Of a DNA stretch of 62,869 nucleotides, positions 12,678 to 24,838 are shown in pieces (the first letter of the stretch is position 1; the number at the start of each line of letters is the position of its first letter). The DNA comes from Octopus sinensis (taxonomy: Eukaryota): assembly GCF_006345805.1 (NCBI RefSeq), contig NW_021831995.1:1-62869 (forward strand). Reading direction: 5' to 3'. The notes below the pieces were generated by a model. The model did not search any database, was not told the DNA's origin, and saw nothing but the letters and a program-made list of their open reading frames with translations. A program made the position numbers and the translations under genes.

Positions 12678-13112
12678 TGTGTGTTTGTGTGTGTGTTTCT
12701 CCCTCGACCGTTGCTTGACCACCAATGCTGGTGTGTTCACGTCCCCGGTAACTAGCGGTTCGGCAAAAGATACCGATAGAATAAGTACTAGGCTTACAAA
12801 GAATAAGTCCTGGGGTCTTATAAGTTCGTGTGAAGGCGGTGCTCCAGTATGGCCACAGTCAAATCACTGAAGCAAATGAAAGAGTAAAGGAAAAGAAAGA
12901 ATACGTACATACTTACGTGTGTCTTGTATGTGTTTGTCCACCATCAGCACTTGACAACCGGTGTTGGGTCATTTACGTTCCCGTAACCAAGCGGTTGGTC
13001 TAAAGACACTGATAGAATAGATACCAAGTTTTAAAAAATAAATTCTGGGGTCAATTCGCTCAACTAAACCCTTCAGTATGGCTGCAGTCCAATGAATGAA
13101 ACATGTAAAAAA
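12436..13112 (+). mobile_element. Nested or old SINE A pieces (two heads, one body/tail, plus an older tail at 12930-13112)
   Basis: Old head at ~12436, second head ggcgcgggagtggctgtg at ~12602, tail to ~12897, and a diverged second tail. Confidence 0.75.
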
Positions 13113-13247
13113 AGATTAAAAAAACAAAAAGGCAGAAACATGTAATTCGATCATGATTTGGCTGTTATATCACGCACATCAGCTGATGGCATACTAATGG
13201 TACTTAGCCGATCGTAAAGTGGTTGTCATCTTGTGAATATTCGAGCC

Positions 13248-14967
13248 TGGCAGAATCGTTAGCACGCCGGGCGAAATGCTTAGTGTTATTTTGTCTGCCG
13301 CTACGTTCTGAGTTCAAATTCCGCTGAGGTTGACGTTGCCTTTCATCCTTTCGGGGTCGATTAAATAAGTACCAGTTATGCACTGGGGTCGCTATAATCG
13401 ACTTAATCCGTTTGTCTGTCCGTGTTTGTCCTCTCTGTGTTTAGCCCCTTGTGCGTAGTAAAGAAATAGGTATTTTGGGGTCGACTAAATAAGTACCAGC
13501 ATAGGCACTGGGGTCGATATAATCGACTTAATGCGTTTATCTGTCTTTGTTTGTCCCCTCTGTGTGTAGCCCCTTGTGGGCAGTAAAAAAATTAGGATCG
13601 TTAGCACGCCGGGCGAAATGCTTAGCGGTATTTTGTCTGCCGCTACGTTCTGAGTTCAAATTCCGCCGAGGTCGACTTTGCCTTTTATCCTTTCGGGGTC
13701 GATTAAATAAGCGCCAGTCACGCACTGGGGTCGATATAATCGACTTAATGCGTTTGTCTGTCCTTGTTTATCCTCTCTGTGTTTAGCCCCTTGTGGGTAG
13801 TAAAGAAATAGGTATTTCGTCTGCCGCTACGTTCTCAGTTCAAATTCTGCCGAGTCGACTTTGCCTTTTATCCTTTCGGGGTCGATAAATTAAGTACCAG
13901 TTGGGCACTGGGGTCGATCTAATCGACTTAATGCGTTTATCTGTCTTTGTTTGTCCCCTCTGTGTGTAGCCCCTTGTGGGCAGTAAAGAAATAGGAATTG
14001 TTAGCACGCCGGGCGAAATGCTTAGCGGTATTTCGTCTGCCGCTACGTTCTGAGTTCAAATTCCACCGAGGTCGACTTTACCTTACATCCTTCCGGGGTC
14101 ATTAAATAAATACCAGTTACGCACTGGGGTCGATATAATCGACTTAATCCGTTTGTCTGTCCTTGTTTGTCCCCTCTGTGTTTAGCCCCTTGTGGGTAGT
14201 AAAGAAATAGGTATTTCGTCTGCCGCTACGTTCTGAGTTCAAATTCCGCCGAGGTCGACTTTGCCTTTTATCCTTTCGGGGTCGATTAAATAAGCGTCAG
14301 TCACTCACTGGGGTCGATATAATCGACTTAATGCGTTTGTCTGTCCTTGTTTATCCTCTCTGTGTTTAGCCCCTTGTGGGTAGTAAAGAAATAGGTATTT
14401 CGTCTGCCGCTACGTTCTCAGTTCAAATTCCGCCGAGTCGACTTTGCCTTTTATCCTTTCGGGGTCGACTAAGTAAGTACCAGTTAGGCACTGGGGTCAA
14501 TGTAATCGACTTAATGCGTTTATCTGTCTTGTTTGTCCCCTCTGTGTGTAGCCCCTTGTGGGCAGTAAAAAAATTAGGATCGTTAGCACGCCGGCGAAAT
14601 GCTTAGCGGTATTTCGTCTGCCGCTACGTTCTGAGTTCAAATTCCGCCGAGGTCGACTTTACCTTTCATCCTTCCGGGGTCATTAAATAAATACCAGTTA
14701 CGCACTGGGGTCGATATAATCGACTTAATCCGTTTGTCTGTCCTTGTTTGTCCCCTCTGTGTTTAGCCCCTTGTGGGTAGTAAAGAAATAGGTATTTCGT
14801 CTGCCGCTACGTTCTGAGTTCAAATTCCACCGAGGTCGACTTTGTCTTTCATCCATTCGGCGTCGGTTAAATAAGCACCAGTTACGCACTGGGGTCGATG
14901 TAATCGACTTAGCCCCTTTGTCTGTCCTTGTTTGTCCCCTCTAGCCCCTTGTGGGCAATAAAGAATT
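13248..14967 (+). repeat. Tandem array of about 9 SINE family B units (180-225 bp) with a ~580-bp three-unit higher-order repeat
   Basis: Unit ggtatttcgtctgccgctacgttctgagttcaaattccgccgaggtcgactttgcctttcatcctttcggggtcga...gccccttgtgggtagtaaagaaata. Diagnostic variants recur every third unit. Confidence 0.92.
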
Positions 14968-15606
14968 CGAGCCTGTAATAATGGTTCGATTTCTCGTTAA
15001 GCTGTTTCTATTCTCGCCATTATAATTCGCAACTGCTGCTTCATATTGTAATCATTATCCACGAGGTTTGCATCAGTTTGTCATACAGAAGCGGTGACCG
15101 AAAGATCTATCTTAGACCATGAAACGTATTAATTAAGTATTAATCTGTTGAAATATTTCCGTTTGATTGAACGTGTGGTGTCTTTGTGTCGATGTGTAGA
15201 CATACGCAATAGAAAGTACTTAGGCATATTTCTGGCGCGCATCCGTTAAAAGGACCTTCATTTTACGACATACAATACATATTTATCTTGTTCTGGGAAG
15301 CAATCAATCAATCATGGAAGCAAGCAGCCAGCCAATAATTCAATAGAATTACCTTTCTGTGATAAGTTGACTGTTAGAAACATAGTCACATCCTCTTGAT
15401 ATCAAGTTCAATCGACTTTAAGAATATGGGTGTTATTGTACAATTTCGTTTTACTTATACGAATACGACGGTGTGTTGTATTTGAGCTGACTGACAGCTA
15501 CAGGACAATGTCAATAACAAAAATGGATTGTTATTTTATCGATCGTGGGGCGATGAAAGATATAATCGGATCTCGTAGGATGAGACTCAGAATTACGGGA
15601 AAGTAT

Positions 15607-15740
15607 ATCATGATCATTATCATCATCATGCTCATCTGGATCACCACCACCACCACCACCACCACCACCACCACCACACCACCACCACCACCACCACCAC
15701 CACCGCCACCACCACCACCACCACCACCACCACCACCACC

Positions 15741-15772
<32 letters not shown>

Positions 15773-15815
15773 CAGCAGCAGCAGCAGCAGCAACAACAAC
15801 AATAACGACGACGGC
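15607..15815. repeat. (CAT)/(CAC)n/(CAA)n/(CAG)n compound triplet tract
   Basis: Direct reading. Confidence 0.95.
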
Positions 15816-16125
15816 GAGAACAATCGTTCCAGATTGAGGCTCAAGGCCATTACTTTTGAGAGATGGCCACAGCTGGGATGCATTGGCTCATAGGCCTGTT
15901 CGTTCATAGCTGAACTGAGAAGCAGCAACAGTAACTCGTAGAGAGTGCCTCCACGAGATCATCTAAACCAGCTAAAAATAGCAGCAAATTCTCTCTCAAA
16001 CCACATCTTGCCGTCTTAAATAAGCAAAAGCCACAATAAGATAGTTCTAGGTAAATCTGTTCGATCGGGTTTGATTTGGAACTAACCAATAATAACGCTT
16101 CGTATCACATTAGAGAAGATATCTA

Positions 16126-17471
16126 TATGAGGTGGTATCAAAAACATCTTTGATTAGTTCTGAGACACGCCAACAGATGGCAGCACATGGTTGCATGCGC
16201 AGTGAGAGCTAATAGTGATCTTCATGAGGCGGTGTGCTTAGTAACATCTCTGTGTTTACTTCACAAGTTGTTGAATTTGTGTTTTCGTGATCACGTGTAT
16301 GCTGTAGTCTGTGATTTTGTTCTAGGTAGGTCTGTTCGATCGGGTTTGATTTGGGACTAACCAATAATAACGCTTCGTATCACTTTAGAGGTGATCCCGT
16401 GTATGCTGTAGTCTGCGATCTTTGTCATGGACAGGAACAAAGAGCCAATAGGAAATTCTGCGTTAAACGTGGTAAAGCCTGATACAGAGACATTGAACAT
16501 ACTTTGGCAATGGGTGGTACGCAATGTTCCGAGTGGCACGGATGCTTCAAAAGTAGAAGAGTGTCCCTGGAAGACAATGAGCGATCTGGAAGATCTGCCA
16601 CGCGTGTCATCCCCGGAAACGTGTGCATCGCGAATTCGTCCCCCAGGACCATGCAGTCAATCGAGTGTTCTATTGTGACAGTTTGAAGCGTTCGAGGGGG
16701 AGACATTCGGTGAAGGCAACCGGATCTTTGGAGCACGACGAATTGGATTCTTCACCTAGCTCTCCTCACTCGACATCCACCCGATTCGCCAAAATTAGCA
16801 CCGGCGGACTTCCATCTCTTTTCCCAAGATGAAAATACAGCTCAAAGGTCGCCGTTTTAACACTGCTGCCGAAATCCAGAGCGAATCGTAGAAGGTCCTC
16901 GACTCGCTAAGGAAAACGATTTCCAGGCCGGGTTCCAAAAGTTGTAGGAACGCTGAGACCAGCGTTTTGCTGCGCAAGGTGACTATTTCAAAGGAGATGA
17001 TGTTAAAACTTAGACAGGCGTAGGCGTGGCTGTGTGATAAGTAGCTTGCTTATGAACCACATGGTTCCGGGTTCAGTCCCACAGCGTGGCACCTTGGGCA
17101 AGTGTCTTCTTCTATAGCCTCGGGCCGACCAAAGCCTTGTGAGTGGATTTGGTAGACGGAAACTGAAAGAAGCCCGTCGTATATATGTATATATATATAT
17201 ATGTGTATGTGTGTGTATATGTTTGTGTGTTGTGTTTGTCCCCTCAACATCGCTTGACAACCGATGATGGTGTGTTTACGTCCCCGTAACTTAGCCGTTC
17301 GGCAAAAGAGAACCGATAGAATAACTACTAGGCTCACAAAGAATAAGTCCTGGGGTCGATTTGCTCGACTAAAGGTGGTGCGTAGTCAAATGACTGAAAC
17401 AAGTAAAAGAGTAAATAAGTTATTTTTTATTAAACATGACTAGTCCTGGAATCTTTTAAGACCACGTCGGA
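16126..17471 (+). mobile_element. Internally deleted mariner element interrupted by a SINE A
   Basis: 5' TIR tatgaggtggtatcaaaaa. Fragments CSEWHGCFKSRRVSLEDNERSGRSAT, HREFVPQDHAVNRVFYC and DFHLFPKMKIQLKGRRF. A degenerate 3' TIR (actagtcctggaatcttttaagaccacgtcgga) follows the SINE. Confidence 0.8.
17017..17415 (+). mobile_element. SINE family A, full length, inserted in the mariner 3' end
   Basis: ggcgtaggcgtggctgtgtgataag ... gaaacaagtaaaagagtaaa. Confidence 0.92.
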
Positions 17472-17703
17472 CATTTCATCAAAGCTGCATATTACTATAT
17501 CAGACAACACAATACAATACATATCTCCTCCTCCCTCCCTCTTCCCTCCCCCTCCCCACCGTCCCTCTCTCACCCACCCACATGCATACAGAAATGCTCA
17601 CAGAAACGCACACACATACACATACACAGACACATACACATAACATGTCGTCCACAATCACATAGTCTTACAATATAATACATCTGCTTCCTCTTTGTGT
17701 GTG

Positions 17704-17752
<49 letters not shown>

Positions 17753-18334
17753 AGAGTGTGTGTCTTTGTGTTTGTCCATCAACACATTGGGGAACCGGTG
17801 TCGGCGTGTTTACGTCCACTTAAGGTGGTAGTTCGGCAAAAGTGACCGATAGAATAAGTGTCAGGCTTAAAAGAAAATAAGTACAAGGGTCGCTCTACTA
17901 GAAACAGTAACCAAATGCCCCTGAAATTCCAATTTACCACTTTAAAAAACGAAGAACGCCCCGTCGCTTTTAGTCATAGATGCAATGTATCTGAAAAGAG
18001 ACGGTATGGTGACAACTGGAAGGTCTTTGCGCAAAACAAAAGTTTGCCCTGCAAGGTCTAAAAACAACCACAAAAACAAAAAACAAGGGCAACCAACCAT
18101 CTATCCATCCAACCAACCAGTCAGCCAGCCAAATTACCAACCGACAAAAATCCTTAGATCAAAAGACCAACTGGCCAGCCGACTAACAAGCCCACAAACC
18201 CGCCATATATTTAAGCAATCAACAGACTCTCAAGCCATCCAATTGACCAACAGACCAGCCAACCGTGCAGAGCAGATGCATTGACCAGACAACGAAGACG
18301 ACTTTCATATCGGACAGGCAACGAATGTATCACC

Positions 18335-18781
18335 CTCCTCATCCTCATCCTCCACTTCTTCCTTCTCTTCCTCTCCGTCCTCCTCCTCACCATCCTCTTC
18401 CTCTTCGTCGTCGTCGCCGTCCTCCTCCTCCTCCTCCTCCCCACCGCCTCCCCGCCTCCCCGTCCTCCGCCTCCCCGCCTCCTCGTCGTCGTCCTCCTCC
18501 TCGTCGTCCCCCTCCTCCCCACTCCTCCTCCTTGTCGTCGTCGTCGTCGTCGTCATCATCGTCTTTATCAACGTCATCGTCGTCATCATCACCATCATCA
18601 TCATCAACATCATCATCATCATCGTCACTCTCGTCGTTATCATCATCATCATCATCATCATAATCATCTTTATCATCTTCATCGCCATCATTATCGTCAT
18701 CATTATCATGGTCATCGTACTTATAATCATGATCATCATGATCATCATCATGATCATTGTCGTCGTCGTTGTTATCATCAC

Positions 18782-18813
<32 letters not shown>

Positions 18814-18918
18814 CCACCACCACCACCACCACCACCACCATCGTTATCATCTTCATCAAATACACAGACCGTTTTCTGACATCCAGGACGACGACGATGA
18901 TGATGATGATGATGATAA
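18335..18918. repeat. Long compound triplet region (CCT/CGT/CAT/GAC/CAC/GAT)
   Basis: Direct reading. It explains the poly-His, Ser and Asp pseudo-ORFs. Confidence 0.95.
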
Positions 18919-19369
18919 TCAACTAAGCAGAGAAGAAAATTACGTCTGCTCGCCTGAAGGAAGGGAATTAAACAACGAACGATTAACACAGAAGATATCG
19001 CGATGTTCCATTAACCTCACAGAGCAACGAGACAACGTCTTTTAGTTTCCGTCCTCGCCACAACTCTTACTACAAACTTTATAGAAAACACGTTCAACGA
19101 TGAAAACACAAATAATGACAACTGTTACATGATATAATAGTCTCGTATATGGGTGACCCCCCCATGCCACAGATGTCTATATTCCGGATTTCGAGTTGTA
19201 GTTATTGTCTTCGTTTTGTCTCTTGCTGGTGCTGCGGTTGCTGGTGCAGTAGAATGCATTTTGTGTGTGTGTATATATGTAGAGATGTGTGCGTTTATGT
19301 ATATAAATATGTGTCTGTATTATACATTAAATTTGTCTGTGTATACATATATGTACATATATATATATG

Positions 19370-19418
<49 letters not shown>

Positions 19419-19444
19419 TATATATATATATTAATAATATATAT

Positions 19445-19656
19445 ATATATTAATCCAAACAAGAACAAAAAAACAAAAAAAAAAACACAACAACGCAAAG
19501 ACGTGGAACAAATAAAGTATTATTGGACGCTCAGGAAAGAAAGGAAGAAGGAGGGTTTAACGTTTCGAGCGGAACTCTTCGTCGGAAACATAGGAGAAGG
19601 AAAGATCCTGAGAAGGGAAGACAGAGGAAAAAAATCGCCGGTGGTACTCACGAGGT

Positions 19657-19665
<9 letters not shown>
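19445..19665 (-). mobile_element. Family H1 hammerhead element, copy 2
   Basis: Minus strand gttt-CCGACGA-agagttccgctc-GAAAC-GTT-aaac at ~19554-19590, between (TA)n and (CA)n/(TA)n. Confidence 0.8.
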
Positions 19666-19714
<49 letters not shown>

Positions 19715-19924
19715 TCAATTTAGGGTAGCAAAAAAATTCAATAGAAATTTATCGCTACCAGCGGCCTGGTGGAATAATTCTGAATAATTCTGAGATTGAA
19801 TCGGCAGTTTATATTTACTGCTGATAAGTTTGGCGCGAATCACGTCAGTCTTGAAAATTTTAAGACAGATATTCCGTAGGCATCGATACAGACGCCTCGT
19901 GTATATATTTGTCTCTCCCAGGTT

Positions 19925-20020
19925 TTTTACTGATGAAGTGTAACCTATGGTAGATTAGCTTAATTTAATTTAATTAAGCTAATTTAATCATTAATGACAC
20001 AGAACGTTGCACGTCTAAAA
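19925..20020 (+). ncRNA. Type I hammerhead-like motif with a long AT-rich stem II
   Basis: tttta-CTGATGA-agtgt...[attagcttaatt/aattaagctaat hairpin]...acac-aGAAC-gttgcac-GTC-taaaa. Stems I and III pair perfectly; GAAA is one A short. It lies in a ~430-bp island between (TA)n tracts (19712-20138). Confidence 0.65.
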
Positions 20021-20142
20021 GATGAATTAGGGTAAATGTTTTTAAATTTTCACCTAATTTCTGAATTACTACTACTTGGGCGGTGTGAGTTATGGCTGCT
20101 CTCTTCTGGTGGACGAGTGACCTGTTAGGTCCTCCTAAATTG

Positions 20143-20189
<47 letters not shown>

Positions 20190-20211
20190 ATATATAATGC
20201 ATATATATATA

Positions 20212-21477
20212 TTGGGTTGTCTGGAAAGTTCGTGCCGATTTTTAAAGGAAAAGAAAAGGTCAATAAATACTTGCCATTACATTTTTAATCAACCAAATAT
20301 GAACCATTTTGTTGCACAATGCGTCTCCATCTTTCCTTTAACTTGAAAATACTCTCTTCCCAGAATTGAGGTGGGTTCATGGCAAAGAATTCATCAAGTT
20401 ATATTTTTATGTCATGCAAAGAATTGAAATTTTTACCATTATGACTATTCTGCAGAGACCTGAATGAATGGAAATCCGAAGGAGCAATATCTGGTGAATG
20501 TGGGGGGAACGGGTAACACATCCCAGCTGAGCTGCAGCAATTTTTGTCTGCTTCCCAAAGAAACGTGCGGTCTTGCATTATTATGTTGGAAAACAACATC
20601 ATTCCTGTTGGCCAAATCTGGACATTTCTCTTGAATTGCTGCTTTTAACTCGTCCAGTTGTGTGCAATATTTCTCAGAATTAATTGTCTGGTTAATTGGG
20701 AGGAGCTCATAGTACAGAATTCCTTTCCAATCCCACCAGACACAAAGCAAGATTTTTAAGGGTGAACACCCGCTTTTGGGGTGGCTAATGGTGGCTCATG
20801 TCGCTTACTCCAGGATCGCTTTCTCTGAACATTTCGGTAGATAATCCATTTCTCATCACTTGTCACAACTTGCTTTAAAAAAGCACGTTTTCATTCCGTT
20901 TATAAAGCGAATCACAGATGGAAATGTGATCCAAAAGGTTCTTCTCACTCAACTCATGTGGTACCCAAACATCGTAACGATTTGAGTACCCAAGCTTTAT
21001 CAGGTGCTCATGAATGACAGATTTTGATAGGTTGAGGCTTTATGCCAATTCTCGGGTTGTGCAATGTAGGTTATTCTCAATTAATGACTTGATTTGGTCA
21101 TCATCTGTAGTGGATGGTCTGCCTGATCGCTCTTCATCAATAAGGCTACAATCTCCAGCTCGGAACCTTGCAAACAACTTCCGTACAGTTCTTTCGGATA
21201 AAGGAACATCACCGTAAACTGCGCATATTTCTTTGGTTGCTTGTGAGGTATTTTTCCCTTTACGGAAAAAGAAAAACATCAGGTGGCGAAAATGAACTTT
21301 CTTATCTTCCATTTTAAAGGGCAACAGAATTAACACAGGTTATAGGAACATAAATCTTCTTCCACGAAAAGATAGCTTAAACTGTGCACAAATCCTATTT
21401 TATGGACTCAATCATGTTCTAAAATAAGTCGAAATGTAAGCTACTATAAATCGGCACGAACTTTCCGGACACACATA
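20212..21477 (-). mobile_element. Mariner (Hsmar1/cecropia-like) element with both TIRs and a frameshifted transposase
   Basis: TIRs ttgggttgtctggaaagttcgtgccgattt / aaatcggcacgaactttccggaca. HTH region MEDKKVHFRHLM...ERSGRP, then MLCVWWDWKGILYYELL, FQHNNARPH and SPDIAPSDFHSF. Inserted at TA. Confidence 0.93.
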
Positions 21478-21741
21478 CATACACACGCACACACACACAC
21501 ACCACACACACACACCACACACACACACGCACACACACAGAGTTTATTAGTAACTCAACAGTACTACTAATGATGTCAATTTGAAAGAGTTCCACAATTT
21601 TTGAACCGATCCACTTTAAAATGTAGTTTATCGCCACTATTCGAACCCTCATTCTCACCTTTCGATGTTGTCGTGTACAGATAGACGAGAGAAAGAGTAA
21701 AAAAACTATAAATAGAAATCAAAGGCTGCAGATAGTCAATC

Positions 21742-22873
21742 TACCAGGCTGAATCAAAAGATTTTCCGTATTTCAAGCTTTAATTAATAGTTCAAATAAA
21801 TCACATACAGAAAGTGATTATTTATCAAAATATATCCCACCATCCTGTATTGTCTGTTGCCATTTTTCTGCCAGGATCTCATCCATATTGTTGAACGCAT
21901 CCGTGTAGGTAATGAGCTACTCATGTTCTTCAAGTCTGCGCTTGGTCACATTGGTAGTGTGTGCAGGGGCTTTGTAATGGTGTGCGTTTTCAATTGATCA
22001 GTACCGGGTAACAGGCTTTCAAAGCATCATATTCGCTGCAGTTGTTGAGCATAAAAGTTGGCATTCACTACTTAGCCATCTGGGACAAGCTTAAAGTATA
22101 TCACTCCCTCACAATTCCACCAAACACACAGCATGACTTTCTGTTCAGACTGCCCTTGTTTGACAACAGGTTCTAAAGCCTGGTCAGAAAAAAGCCACTG
22201 ATTACGATTATGGAAATAGATCCATTTTAAATCCCCAGTTTCAGTTCCATGCCAAAAATGGACATCATGTGGATTTGCCATCAATTAGTTGCAAATGTTT
22301 GCTCGTTGTTGAGCCTGGTCATTGGTCAGTTCATGAGGATCTTGTTGACAACATCGATTCACAAGGCTGAGCTTATGGAGGTGTCGATTGATGGTAATTT
22401 GTAAAAGATCAAATTTTGCTGACAATGTACAGATGCTTGTGTTTGGTTGTTGCTCGACCATCCCAAGCAAGGCCTCACCTCCCACAACAGAAGGTCTCCA
22501 TGACTTCGATTTGTCTTCACGAATGCTGTCACCTTCCTTCAAACGTCTAAACCAGTTTTGTGCCCTAATTCCGTTGACAGTTCCTTCCACATCATGAATT
22601 TCTTTTGCCATTGCCATTGCATTCACTCTTTTTCTTTTTCCACAGGTAACGTAAGATGGCTCTAATTCCAATTTTTTCACCATTCATTATGAAAGCTGTA
22701 AAATAAAAAAAATGAACAATTACTATCTATATAATATATATGAAATTAAAGAATAAACAATTCAGCAATGATTAACCATCAAGTTACATCAAATTGATGG
22801 TATAGCATGGAGATATTAAGATGCCAAAAAACATTTGCGAAAATCCGAATAAAACTTTTGACTCAACTTAGTA
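21742..22873 (-). mobile_element. Second, more decayed mariner element
   Basis: AQNWFRRLKEGD..EDKSKSWRPS, PHELT, ETGDLKWIYF and KVMLCVWWNCEGVIYFKLVP. Degenerate TIRs taccaggctgaatcaaaag / cttttgactcaacttagta. Confidence 0.85.
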
Positions 22874-23166
22874 TCAATCCGTATCTGGGGTGAGTAGTTG
22901 AAGATAAGTGAGAGAAGAGGTAAAAAAACAAAGACCATACATGCCAATATGTTTTGCTACAGTATCTATGTTAGGCAACAAATATAGACACTACCTCCTC
23001 ATCAAGCTTTATCTGTTGTGGCAGGCAACAAATAAACAACAAATAAACAACAAATAAAAATGCAACTGCAATCAACAACGACGAATGAAGCGATGATTCA
23101 TGACGGATATCACACGAATCTTGCAATAAAGACAGTAAACAAAGTAGTAACAAAAATAGTAATTTA

Positions 23167-23322
23167 GGTGTAGGAGTGGTTGTGTGGTAAGTAGCTTGGT
23201 TCCGGGTTCATTCCCACAGTGTGGCACCTTGGGCAAGTGTCTTCTGCTATAGCCTCGGGTCGACCAAAGCCTTTTGAGTGGATTTGGTAGACGGAAACTG
23301 AAAGAAGTCCGTCGTATATATG

Positions 23323-23376
<54 letters not shown>

Positions 23377-23607
23377 TATATATATGTATGCATGTGTGTA
23401 TGTTTGTGTGTCTGTGTTTGTCACCCCAACATCGCTTCACAAACGATGATGCTGTGTTTACGTTTTCGTAACCTAGCGGTTCGGCAAAAGAGACCGATAG
23501 AATAAGTACTTGGCTTCCAAAGAATAAGGCCTGAGGTCGATTTGCTCGACTAAAGGTGGTGCTACAGCATAGCCACAGTCAAATGACTGAAACAAGTAAA
23601 AGAGTAA
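23167..23607 (+). mobile_element. SINE family A
   Basis: Head, internal (TA)n and tail all present. Confidence 0.9.
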
Positions 23608-24219
23608 TCAAAAACAGCCAGTCCGACATTGTTCACTGGAACAAGGTAATATGAACATTCTCTGTTCTGGAAGTCACTTAACATCAATATAGTAAAAAAC
23701 AAAATGAATAAATAGATAAATAAATAAATAAATAAAAAAATAAATGAATAAATAAGTAAATGAATAAATAATAAATAATTAAATAAATGAATAAATAAAT
23801 TCTTGCTGAAAAAAAGTTATTGGAGCTGTTAAAAGTTTAAGATACAATCGAAAACGTCATTTACTTTACATTCTGATGTAAAGTAAGTACACAAGATAAG
23901 GAGCTGCTGCGAAAGGTCATCAAGATATTACTTTCAAGTGCAGTTAAATATTCTTCTTAAAGAGAGAGAAAAAAAAAGACATTATGCAAATCCATTTGTA
24001 GAACGATTGGAGTTGATGATGAATAACCGAGGATTTTAAAGATATTGAATATAAAGACACGCTTCGTTGCAAGGAGTATTAGTGAAACGTTTCTACTGAA
24101 ATCTCTCCAAAGTAAAAATAAGACGTTCGAAATAATTGTCTCGGGAAAGAAAGCACGCAAAAAAAAAACACATATCGGCTATACATACATAAATACATAC
24201 ATACATAATACTACATACA

Positions 24220-24253
<34 letters not shown>

Positions 24254-24259
24254 CATATA

Positions 24260-24297
<38 letters not shown>

Positions 24298-24339
24298 ATA
24301 ATATATATTATATATATATATAATATGTAACACACACGT

Positions 24340-24575
24340 GTGTGTGTGTGAAAATAATAAGAGTAGAACATTTTTAAACTTTTCATACCGATGGCTGGCA
24401 TGCGTAATAAGTCAATAGACAACATATTTCATATATAATAGTGTATAAACAATTAATTGTTTATACACTATTATATATGAAAATATGTTGTCTATTGACT
24501 TTATTACGTATGCCAGCCATCGGTATGAAAATTTAAAAAAAATTTCTACCCTTATTATTTTGACACACACACACA
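24340..24575. repeat. Spacer-less ~235-bp near-perfect palindrome centred at 24454/24455
   Basis: ...caacatatttcatatataatagtgtataaacaatt|aattgtttatacactattatatatgaaaatatgttg...; the arms extend to (GT)n/(AC)n ends. Confidence 0.92.
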
Positions 24576-24576
24576 C

Positions 24577-24617
<41 letters not shown>

Positions 24618-24838
24618 AACGTTACAACGACAAGACATTCAACGACGGAAGACTTGATAAGGCTTAATGAATAAAGTCATGTGAAATGTTGGAACAGGCG
24701 TGTAATGTGAAAATTTACCAGAAATAAATTAGTAAAAAAGAAGGAAAAGAAACTGGAACTGAACATTAAGCAAACTGAAAGTTAAATTACGATGAAAAAA
24801 CAAGCGCAGTAGTGGCTATGGTAAGAAGCTTGCTTACC

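Noticed and set aside
13248-14967. CRISPR-like appearance of the regular array
   Set aside because: Units are 180-225 bp of continuous SINE homology with no unique spacers, there are no cas genes, and the context is eukaryotic.
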